Assembly: GCA_036172245.1 (NCBI GenBank)
Contig: JAYWIR010000027.1
Coordinates: forward strand, 2,728,001 to 2,792,000
Length of the DNA stretch: 64,000 nt
Origin: Raillietiella orientalis
Lineage: Eukaryota
Direction of reading: 5' to 3'
Shown: positions 44,864-56,036 of the stretch, piece by piece
How positions within the stretch are numbered: the first letter of the stretch is position 1
How the letters are laid out: every line of letters starts with the position of its first letter
Position numbers and translations under genes: made by a program
The notes under the pieces: model-generated
Database searches by the model: none
What the model was told of the DNA's origin: nothing
What the model saw: only the letters and a program-made list of their open reading frames with translations

Positions 44864-47800
44864 CCCCCGTTTCACGGGAGCATTATGTGTGTTCAAGAGG
44901 TTTCGGTTGCCTTCTTCCGAGCGAACAAAGAGGCCGCGGTGCCGTATACTTGGCGTGGTGGTTTCGAAGTCAGCGCCGGTGCACATCCCCTCCGCCTGAT
45001 GATGATGGCCTTTCGGGCAGCATCCGACCAGTTCGGATGATTGTGTTTGGCTTGCTCGAATCGATGCTCTCTCTGATCGCCTTGCAGGAGCCGCTGGGAA
45101 TTCCTTTCTTTCGTTTTATTTTATTTTTTTTTTTTTATCTTCCCATTTTTTTGGGTCGTATCGAATGCAAAGCACACCAACTCTTGCATGCTGTAAACAC
45201 GAGGCATTGCATTGTTCGTGGTCACCCGTGTCCATGGCATTGCAGGCATTTAAAACATTATCTTTAATTGGCTCCGTTGTCACTTGTGAGAATTTTCCCG
45301 CTCCGCCGGGGCGCATTCCAAAGTTTAACTGCTCGCGGTACTGCAAAAATCCATGGTGCCATGGTGCATCTCATCGTTTTTTTTTTGCTTTTTATTGATC
45401 TTCTGGAGGGGAGGGGGGGGGGGGAATGATGTGCAAGGAAAGTATTGATCAGAAAATCGTCGGTGTTCGCACTGCGTTAAATTTTTCTTTGTGCTCATTC
45501 GAAAATTGGGCGTGGCAGCAACATGGTTTGGTGTGTATGTGTTTGTGTGTGTTTTCCGTTTTCCCCTCGGGGCGTGCAGAGGAAGTACGGAATCGCATGT
45601 GCATTTCGAGAAAGAATTCCTATTTGCCCGTTGACCTTGAACAATGAGCGAAGAGTCAGTCAGTCAGTCAGTCGATCCCGCGAATAATTTGGCGGCGCCG
45701 AGAGAGCGGGCAAAGAAAGTACGGATCTGTCGCTTTTGTTCCGATTTTCGGCTCGCCTCGTCTTAAGCGGTCGGAGGTGGTGAAGTTTCGAAAGTCTTAC
45801 CTGCTCCTTGCGTGGCACCAGAGAGCAGTCCCTTCCCGGCCTGGGAGCGTGGGATAACACTGCGTATCACGCCCTCTTCTCACCCTGCGGATTCATCGTG
45901 GCGGTGATGCGCGCACACACACGAAATGATGGGTTTGTGTGATTTTTCCACTCGTCGGTACGGTTGCTTCCGGGGGGAAGAGGAAGGGGGGGGGGGCCGG
46001 AAAAAAAATTCGTAGCAGTGTACATCGCGTCCAGACGGCGATTCCACATGTGGCTCCCCATGGCAACAACGCATGCCTGTCCGGTATCCAATCAATTAGG
46101 GGCTGGCTTGGGGCTCGCCTCCTTTGCCTCTGCGGAACTTTTCGCTCTTGGCAACTTCTCGCGCAGCAGGAGCGTTTCCGTTCGTCCGTCTCCTGGATTC
46201 CACAGGGGCCTGCAGAGGATGCTCGTGGATCCTTCGTGCAAGATAACGCCGTTGTGTGCGTTCCTCTAGCCTCCTCCGCATCCGTCTCCCGGTCCCGAGG
46301 GGATGTTTGGCTGTGTGCGTGTGTGTGTAGTGCCCTTGCACTTGGCTGTGGCCTCTAACGTTCATCCAACAGGTTAGGAATCGTTGGCTCCTATCGCGGT
46401 GGATCTTGTGAAGCGCCGTCCGTTTCCAGGGAACCGGGTGATCCCAGAGTGCGGGCGGACGCTCCGTGGTCCCGGAGGGAGGGGTTGCGATGACGAAACT
46501 CTTCCCGGACATCTCGTGGTACTCAACGTCTTCCACTTTCTCGGGAGGGCCTCCCGGCAATGCAGCGTTTTCCAAACTTTTGCTGCCCACCCTTCCCCTC
46601 TTTCAGTGAAAGCAGCAGACTCGGGTTCCATCCTTTCCTCCCCTTCCCCCTCCCTTCTTGACCGTGGTCCTGTGATGCAATGTTGAGCGTCGTGCATAAG
46701 TCTTGAAGGTGCGATCCGGTGCCAACTAAACGGATCCGCCTTAAGTCACTAGAATCACGTGATTCGACCGATTTGGTCAGCAACCCTAATAATATGAAAT
46801 ATACATATATGTGATACTTGAAGGTCTCCCGTTGTTGCTTTGCTACTTTCCCTTGTCTTCTTTCGAACCTTCTTACATTTGGGGATGAATGCTGCTGCTG
46901 CAGGGAGGGCCAGCGCTCAACATGTTGGGAGAATCAAAAGAGGATTTCGAAAGACGCCCGATGCCCGCCGGTCGCTCTCGCCAGAAGTTTTTTTGGTTCT
47001 CTTCGTTGTGCCGGAAGAGCCGGAGGACAGGCTTCGGTTGGTGGTCACTTGATCCGGAGAAAACGTCCGGAGAGCGCTCGCACGAAGAGTTACCAGGCAG
47101 GGAAAGGAGGAGGGGCGCATTCAAAACGTTCCTCCCATTGTTCTTCGCCCACGCAGAGCCATCCTTTTTTGTCCGCGCGGAGCACCACCCTCCTCCTTTC
47201 CCCCTCGAGAATTGGTTGGCGAAACGGCGGAGGATTCCTCCTCTTTCGAGGAACGTCCACATTCTTCTCTTGGGATCGACCGCTTCCTAGCGACCGTAGT
47301 GGAGCGTCCTCCACGCTCGCACTCCCCTCTCAGGTTCCCTCGTGCTTCAGACGGGAAAGAACGTGAGGAGAGGAACACCAGGACCAGCGGACGGGACCTA
47401 GATTCTCACGGAGGGTTTCGCAAATCCGGAGTGACCTCCCCCGTTCTTGCGAGATCCCTACGGAGCGAGGGAGGAAGGGATGCGCCTTGGACTTGGTGAC
47501 GAACTCGGCGCGCCACGGTTCACCGATTTTTTTGCACGCTCGGGGACGTCGAGTCGTTCCGCCTGTGGCAGCGGCACCCCGATCGTCCGGGTTGAGCAGA
47601 AGGGTGAACGCAGTGGACCATTCTTCTGTTCACCCCTGGCGAGGTGCTGGCGCGGACAGCTGTGCCCCCCCCCCCTTTCCAGAGTCAGTGACCGAACGCA
47701 GGGCTTCCTCCGCTCGTTGGGGTGGTCCCGAGAACCTCTCGCTGCCCCCTCCTCTTCCCTTCCTCCTTGCTTCCTCCTCCTCTGCCTTTTTCCTCCCTGC

Positions 47801-50800
47801 TTCTCCGTTCACTTGTTCGCGATTTCCCGCTGCCGAGAGACGCTGGAGTTTCCGTGCACGCGACGTGTTTGCTCCCCTTCGTCTTTCAGCGCTTCTGCCG
47901 CTCGCGCATCCTGCGATCCTGTGGTGATCTCAGGTTTCAGAGAGGCTTTCTGAATGGGTTGCTTGCAAGGTGATTTCGAAAAGAAGAAGAAGGAAAGGGA
48001 AAAAAAAGAAAAACAGAAAGGAAAAATGATAACTGAAATGTAGGAGACCGCGTCTTTACGTACGTGTGTCCTGTTGCTGTGTATTTCGCGCTGCTGCTCG
48101 CGCATTTGTGTGCGCGCCCTTGGCATTCGCGACGGTCAGTGTGCGTTTCTTTGCTGATTACTGGCGTCCTTCGTTTTGGATGCGTGCAGGACTGGTAGAC
48201 GTGTTTAAATGATTTTGCATCCTGTGAGTCATTAAGGACCCTTGGGTACGCCGTGCGCGCGCGAGAGAGGGCGCGTCCTTCGCCCATCCAGTGTGTTCGT
48301 GTGTCGGTTCCGCCGATGCTGGTGCGCTGTCGGGGAACTCCTTGTAAGGTCGTGTGTGTCGGCAGGTCCTGACGGATGACCACCGTTTCGCATTTTCGTC
48401 GCGCACAACCGTCGGGAGAGTGCGCAGCTCAGCCGCTTCCGGCAGGTGCGCGCGTGCGTTCGGTCGCACGCGCGCGCGAATGCTGTGTGCGTGAGGGGAA
48501 GATGACTCCTTCCTGCGGTTGCACCGCATGCGTTTTTTCTCTCAAGTTCACCTCCTCCCCCCTTTCCTCTCTCTCTCTCTCTCTCTCCCCACCTTTCCCC
48601 GAGCCACGATGTACCCAGGTCGAAGCTGGTCAGCTCGCGGGTCGGTTTCGGATGTGACGTTGGCGCTATCTGCTCGACTCTTTTTTTTTTTTTTTTCGTC
48701 GTTTCCTCGCGGCGATGGCTCTGACAGGACTGTCCCGATGAGTTGTGGCAGGAAGCGGGACCCGCGCTGCACAGGAGTGTCGTCCTGCCGTCCTTCCCGC
48801 CTGCCCAACCGTCCGCGTGGCGTGCGTGTGTGCGGAGACCGGCGCCTGTGGGAGTGAACGGGCGTGGCCTGATACGCAATCCATCGAGATGGTGGTGGTG
48901 ATGACCTCTCAGGCGCGTAACCCACGTCGTCTTTTGACTTACCGCAAGGCAGCAGCTGTCCAGGGTCAACCGGTTTTCTTCTTCCTTTCTTTTATTGTTT
49001 GTTGTCGTCTCTCTCTCTCTCTCTTTTCCATACTGGCACCCCTGATCACTGTGCACATGTGGAGGTTTTGGCGGGCGCGTGAGCATTTCGTCAAAGATTT
49101 CATCCTCCCAATCACGGATGCAGCACGGCCCTCCGAGTCACGTGGCCAGGTTCGAAAAGATCGATTGGAATTCGTGGCTTGTTTGACGCTTTCGTTCTTC
49201 GAAAGCACACGCGCACACTCACGCACGGCATGCACGCAACCACGTCGGGTGCGACCGTCCTCTTTGCCTTCGCGAAAATCTCGTGGTCCCGTTGCCGTGG
49301 AGTGCCGTGCCAGAGTGAAGCGGCGCGCGCGCAGTCACCATTGCCGTGAAGCCCGCGGAGAAGAAAGAGGGGTGCGTGGAACAAACCGAAGATCGGACCC
49401 TCTTCCCCTCACCCTCTTCGTCACGCCTCGACGCCCGCCGCCCCGTAGAGCAGCAGCGGAAACGATCCAGCGGATGCATCCCGGCTCGAGACCATCATCT
49501 CTCGACGGGAGGGCTTCCTCCGACGACGATTTATCTCTCCGTTGACCCCCCTCCCCTCCTCCCCACGTTTCTCGCTGACCATCCGAAGCTGGACGGAGCG
49601 GCGGCTGGCTGCATGCTCTCCTCTGCAAGGGCGTCACGCGGAGGGCGCGGAAGTGGCGCGAACGCGTGCCGGAGTCGCCGCGTGCGTAGCGGGCCAGACG
49701 GAAAGCACCGCCACGCGCGGTCTGCTGCCGGAGCGGCGCGGCTCCCTCCCGACCAGGAAGGAGGCATCTGGAAGCTGCGTGAGGGGCCGGGAGTCTCAGG
49801 TTGCGGGAAGGCGCGTGCCCCGGTTGCACAGTTTCGGACGAGCGGCCCAGAGGGTCGCGGAAATGACAGGGGCGGTGCTGTATCCATGGGTGCGGGAGAG
49901 CGAGCGAGCAGCGCGGCCGGGTGGTTCAGGATCGCAGCGGATGCGGGTGGAGCGGGGTCGGTGGACGAGCTCCCCTCGAGAGGCAGAGGGGACCTGTGGT
50001 TTCGAGCACCCAAGGAGGAGGAAGTGCGACTTTTGTCGAAGCTGGACAGCCTTGGGTCATGTGTGTGGGTCGCGCGAACTCGATCCTTCTCGTGGCGTGA
50101 GACCCAGTAAATAATTCATGGCTGTTTTCGAACCCAAGCTCACTCTCCGTCTCTGCATGTGTGTGTGAGTGTGTGTGTGTGGTTTTTCATCCATTGTTTA
50201 CGCAGCCTTTTCCCTTTCGTGAGCCAATCGGAGAGCCGAAATCCGTCCGCGTTAATTTCGAGTTCTCCTCCTCCTCCCTCCCCCTCCTCCTTCTCCTCCC
50301 TCCTTCCTCAGAGTGTTTACTGCGGGCCTTTGTCACGCCTGTTTCACGTATGTCACACTTGGAAATCAGGTTCGGAGTTTGTTGGTTATTGTGAGGGAGC
50401 GTTCCTCTTTTCTGCGGAGGACGTGCGCCTCCCCCTGTGGCGCACTTTCGTGGTCGGCTTTTCCTAAGGTCCCCCCACCCCCGCTCCGTCGCCGTGTTGT
50501 GATTTTCTGGCGTCCACTCTCTTCCCCACCCCCTCTTTTTTCTCCCCTCCTCCTCCCCCCCTTCCGAGTCGCGGAAAGGAAAGAGAAGGGGAAAGGGCGT
50601 GCCGTGCTAACGGGACGTGCCCGGTCTTTTCGCTTTGTCTGAAGATGCGCGCTCTCCGTTTCGCCCCGCCGACCGCGATCGCTGCCTCGCTTCGGGTGCC
50701 AGGCGTCTCTCTTACGACGTGGCTCTCTGTATGAGTGCTCTTCTGCTCACTATTTTGGGGAGGTCGTTCGTTTTCCAAGCGGCGGCGGGGTGCTTTCCGC

Positions 50801-53023
50801 GCTTCGATTGCGTCACGCTCGCGTCATCCCGTGCGACGCGCTCATTGTTCGCAGGGAACGCTCGCGTCATCGCGATTGTTGCCCTGCTCTGCCGACGGGC
50901 GCGCGGGTTTGCCAGTTCGCGTCCGGGCGTCGACGGGCGCTCGTTCCTCCTCGGGGGGACGTGCAGGAGCGCGCTCGTCATCCTCCCATCCTGCGTGATC
51001 CGGACCCCGTCAAGCGCGGGGAGGGGGAGCAGCAGGAGGAGCGCCGTTGCCCTACTCCTGCTTTTGACACGACGCGAACGTCCGCCTTCGGCGGATGATC
51101 CAGCGAAAATCTGCCGGCTGCGAGGTGGAGAGACGCGGGACTCGTCCGTCCCGTTTTGTGCGTGCTCTCGGCCCCCTCCTCTTGCGCCACGAGTGCCTTC
51201 CACGGAGGGTGGTTTAACACCCGGGTGCTCTGGGGCGTTCATTTTAAAAACAAGCAAGCACTTGTAGGTCCATCGGCCCTACAACGTCCTAGAAGTTTCG
51301 GAACTTGCCGAGTGACCGGCCCACGGAAGTTGGTGGTACCTACCTGCACCAGATTGCATGACGCTTTCTCGGCTCCCACCTGGTCTCCGTGCTGCTTTCG
51401 TTCGCGGCAATTCTCCCACCCCTCTTCGCGTTCTCTTTTCTTCCTCCTCCTCCTCCCCCCCTCCTCTCTTTCCTCCTCAACGATCACGACGCCCGGGTTT
51501 CCGGACCCTCTGCGCATCCGCGAAGGCTCCGATCTCTTCAAGGCTCGCATGTCCCGGTGACCGCCGAGCTGCCTCCGGCCCGCCACTTCCGTCGCAGCGG
51601 ACTGGGGCGGCAATTCTGATCGCTCGGAGCGGAGTCCTGGCCAAGAGGAGCCTCCGTGCTCGGCGAAATGTTCTCACCGCGGCGGTCGCCTTGAAGACGT
51701 CGGTAGCGCGCCTTTTTCTTTGTTTTTGCGCCTTTTTTTTTTTTTTTTTTGGTTTGCTCCTCTTTTTTATTTTTTGTTTTCCTTTTTCCTCGAGAGGAGG
51801 ATGCGGTGGTCCGGATCGGAAGAGGGTGCCGATCGACGTGACATGGTCGGGCATCGCCAGGTGACGTTCGCTGGATGTTGGGGAAAGGAACTTCTCGGAG
51901 AGAGCGTGCAGATCCGGGACAGGGCCTTGGTCGCATGCCGGAGAACGCGCGCGTTCCACGCATGGCTGCGCTGCTGGCGCCGTCGCTCGAGCGGGCGTGG
52001 CGTGCGCACGCGGCCACCGGGGGTTTCACGCCCCGCCGTCCGTCCTCCGCCCACTTGGTTTCTCCGCCCGGGGAACCCTGCTGCCGCGCGCGCGCAAATC
52101 GTATCGCGGCCGATGACGTCGACGGAGATGACGTCGGCTTGCGGGTCGGCGGCGGCGGGGGAGTCGGGCTCTCCTCGCACCTGCTGCCTCCATCTCTCGC
52201 TCCTCGACGAAGCTGGGGGGCATCTCCGCGGTGTTCACTCCCGATCCCTCGGACCTCGAAAGCTCCTCAGCTGGGCATGCACGCGGAGGGTTCGATCGCT
52301 TCCCGAGCGCTAGTCGCTTCCGGGACGGAATTTACGTGTGTGTGTGTGTGTGTGTTTTTGTTTCCTCCTCAGATGGCACCGCTGCTTGCCTTCTTTTTCT
52401 CTGCACCCAGCCGGCTGGGGCGTTGCTGTGCGGGGATGCTGTCCGCTCGCTCGCCCGCGTGCGTTCGAACGCTCCGCTCTCTCGATAATGGCCCGTCGGT
52501 GCCGTCCGGAAGGGGTCGTGCAGGAGATGCTTCGCCGCAGCGACGGCAACGCATCTTATCGGACCATGGCGACGGCCAAGTTGGGGTGAATCCCTCCTAT
52601 AGGGCCGAGGGCCCGGGACAACCTGGGAGCCCTCGGCCATAAAAAAAAAAAAGAAAAATTCCTTCGTAGGTCTTCGATCCTTCCCCTTCGGTACACAGCA
52701 CGCCGGTGCCGAGCGGTGCTCCTCCCATCTGGCGGAGGTATCCTCCCCGGGAGCTGGCTGCCGGGAAAGGCAGACCGCGCCCCACATTCCTCTCTCCGAA
52801 GCGCGGCGAGATGGCGGCTCGCTATGGGAACCGGCAAAGGCGCCACGCGTAAGCGCGTGCCGTGGCGACGTGCCCGCGAAGTGCCCCGCTTGGGGAAGGG
52901 CGGGGCGGGAGGCGTGTTTGCTGCTCCCGCTCTCTTACGGCCCGTCCGCCTTGTCGGCTGCTCCGCCCGTGCGTTCGCTTCTGTGCAGCTATTCGAAGCG
53001 CGCTTCCCATCAACCCCCCGCAG

Positions 53024-53650
53024 TCCTCCGCTTCTTCCCCTCCCTCTCTTTTCCCTTCCCCCTTCCTTCCTTCCTTCCTTCCTTCCTTCCTTCCTTCCTT
53101 CCTTCCTTCCTTCCTTCTTTCCTTCCTTCCTTCCTTCCTTCTTCTCCTTCCTTCCTACCTTCTCCTCCTTTTCTTCCCCTCTTCCTTTCTACCTATCCCT
53201 CCTTCTCTCCCTTACGTCTTCCTCCTCCTCCTCCTCCTCCTCCTCCTCCTCCTCGTCCCGTCCTTTCCTCTCTCCTTTTCTCCTTTTCCTCCTCTTCCTT
53301 TCTCTCCTTTTGCTTCCTTTTCCCTTCCCTCCTTTTCCATCCTTCTCCCTTCCTCCTCATTCCTCTTTCCTTCCTTCCTTCTCTTTTTCTTCCCCTCTTC
53401 TTCCTTTCCACCCATCCTTCCTCCTCTTCCCTCTATCCTTTTCCACCGTTTCCCCTTCCTTTTCGTCATCTCCATTAGTCGTCTCTCCTTCCTTCTCTCC
53501 CCCTTCCTCTCCCCTTCTCCCTTGTCCTCTTTTTCTTCCCTCTTCTTCCTTCCCACCTGTCCCTCTCCCTCCTCCTCCCCCTCGTCTTTTCCTTCTTTTC
53601 CTCTGTCTTGCCTTCCCTCCTCTTCCCTTCCCCGTTTTTCTTCCCATCCC
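53024..53650. repeat. Long polypyrimidine/polypurine tract including (CCTT)n at about 53061-53140 and (CCT)n at about 53221-53253
   Basis: More than 600 nt of almost only C/T on the + strand. Confidence 0.95.
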
Positions 53651-55855
53651 GGTCTCCGCGCGCCCCCTCTCATCCTTTCGCAGGTCTCGAAAGGAGCGGT
53701 TTGTAAGGGGAGCGCTTGCTAGTCTGGACACGTCTCCCTCCCCCACCTCATGCCTCTCTTCCATTTTGGGGCTCGGAGGAACGAGTGGCGGTCGAAAGGC
53801 GTCTTTCGCGGAGCGCACTTCATGGTGCGCGCCTCCGGCCGGTCAGGACCCTGAGCGTTTTCGCCACCCCCGTGTGCAGGTTCTCCCCATCTCTGGTTTA
53901 TCCGTTCGGACCAGACGGTCTGCAGGAAGAAGCGCCTTCGATGGAGACGCAGGTCTTGACCGTCTGCAAGGACCGGCCGGCAGCAGCGAGCGGACGGAAT
54001 CGCTTCCGGAAAGGAGGGAGCGGAGGGAGCCCTCTTCACCCTCCTGGGTGGCGGAACACTGTGCTTCTCCTGGGCACGTTCTTGCGGCGTCGAACAACAG
54101 CAAGCGAGGAAGGAGACGGCATCGCCACGGGACCGGTCTCTTAGCAACCGAGGTCGAGAGGGAACCGCGAAGACACTGCCTTCCCCTCGGGTCGTCTTCG
54201 AGCGCTGCGGTCCGACTTGGCGGACGGCTTCCTCGCCAACCGCGACGTCCCTCCGCCCCCCACCCGCCTCTTTCGCTCCTCGTGAGCCTCCCCTTTTTGG
54301 CTTCGGGGCGGCCTCTCGCACGCATGCGCGCGCGCGCCTTCGCCCCAATGGCGGCGGGGGACGGCGACGCCAAGTTTTCCCCTTCTACGTCTGCCAGCCT
54401 GCCGCGCAAGAGCCGCGCGAAAGGTAAGGAGGAGGTGTGTGTGTATGAGAGATGGCGGATGCTGCGCACGCGCGTTTGCACGCGTCCCTCCCTTCCACCC
54501 CTTCCTCCCCCTCCGCCGTTTACTGGTCTTTGTTTGAACGTTCCTCTTGCGTAAATCACGGCCGTGCAGCAGCGGCTTCCGCAGCGGCATTCCCGCGTTC
54601 CTTCTGCCTGGGAACGTTGAAGGTCATCGGTCAAGGGAGCAACAGGCGGGCGGGCTGCTGAGCGGCGCATGCGCACCGGGGACCAGCATTCCCGCGGCAA
54701 CCGCGCTGCGCCCGTAGCAGGAGGTGCGCTCTCTGTCGCAGGGTCTCCTCTCCGGGGAGTCATCGGTATCCCTATCAATCCTGCAGCAGCCTGCCACCTT
54801 GGGCCGGGTCATTCCCTGCCTTCGAGCCCTTAGGACGTTCAGCACGAGATCTTCCCCCTCCATGCCCCGTACGCACCCTCCCTCGCGGGAAGTGCTGCCT
54901 CCCCGGGGGCCGGACAGGGGTGTGGAGCAGCGGAACCTGCCCTTCCGCCCCCTCCCCTCTCCGGACGGAATGAGCACCCCGGTCCTCCCGCCTCGCCATC
55001 TGCCAGCGGCGGTGGTGACTCCCAGGAGTCTAGTTTCGCGGTCGCCGTGAAGACGACCGCGCTCATCATCATCAGCCAATCCCTTGCGGCCCGTCGGATC
55101 CGCTTCGCGTCCCCGCGAGCCGGAGGCCCCGCGGAGGCGCACCCCTCCTGCCCCTTCTCGAGGGTGCCAGAGGGAACGGGGAAGTAGGGGAGGGCTGGAG
55201 GGGGCAGCTCGCGCGATCCGCCGGGCAGCCTCGTTCGCGTTCTCTCAATGCCTGCCCTCACGCGCGGCTTCCACTGGAACCTGGCAGCCCTCTCTTGCGA
55301 ACGCGCTTTCTTCTTCTTGAGCGTTTCCCTTCCTCCGCTTCCCCCCCTCCATGATTCATCATCCTGCACACACACAGATCAATTGTGCTGCATCCTTGTA
55401 AAGTCATCAATTTGTATCAGATTGCGGAATGCGCCGCTCATGATCACTCGTGAGAGGCTGTGCCGCTTCGCGCGCACTTGCTCTTCGACGGGGTGCGGGG
55501 CGGAGCGCGGAGGAGGGGGAGGGCGGTGGAGGTGTCCGTGACCTCCGCGCAGTCAGCGTGACGGCGTGTTGTCAGGCGGCGGACTAAGTTCCGGTGGTGG
55601 TGCTGGTGGTGGTCCGCTCTCCCGGAAAGGTCGGCGCGAATCGTGCGTGCCCACGAGAAAGGACTCTTTTCTTCTTCTTTCCCCTCGGGTTCTGTTCAGG
55701 GGAGGGGCGGGAGAAGCGGGCAAGCGTGGACTCAGCTCCTCTACTCCTCGTTTTCCTGCCCTCATCCGTACAGACATTACGCCGTTGTGCTTCTCGAAGG
55801 CTCGGCAATGGTTGCTCGGATGTGCTTCAGGGTGTTCCGCAGTCGCAGATCGTCT

Positions 55856-56036
55856 CCCGCTTTCATTGCCTTCGTCGCCGCCAACGGCGTCGACGTCTCG
55901 GTCTGATTGCCCGCTTTCATTGCCTTCGTCGCTGCTTTCCCTTCCTCCCGAGACGTCGACATATCGCTGCCTAGGTCGTTGTCAACGGCGTCGGCGTGTC
56001 GCTGCCTTCGTCGTCCTCAGCCGCGTCGACGTCTCG
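55856..56036. repeat. Cluster of short direct and inverted repeats
   Basis: cccgctttcattgccttcgtcgc at 55856-55878 and 55910-55932; gtcgacgtctcg at 55889 and 56025 with an inverted copy at 55948-55960. Confidence 0.8.

Noticed and set aside
45600..45647. NSYLPVDLEQ resembling the RPB8 YPVDL motif
   Set aside because: Only a few matching residues, immediate stop, and no VSRL..CES..MDL upstream.
46752..46765. 14-bp palindrome GAATCACGTGATTC containing an E-box
   Set aside because: Single occurrence; palindromes of this size are expected by chance in 64 kb.
52716..54554. 612-aa ORF
   Set aside because: Mostly a translation of the (CCTT)n/polypyrimidine tract.
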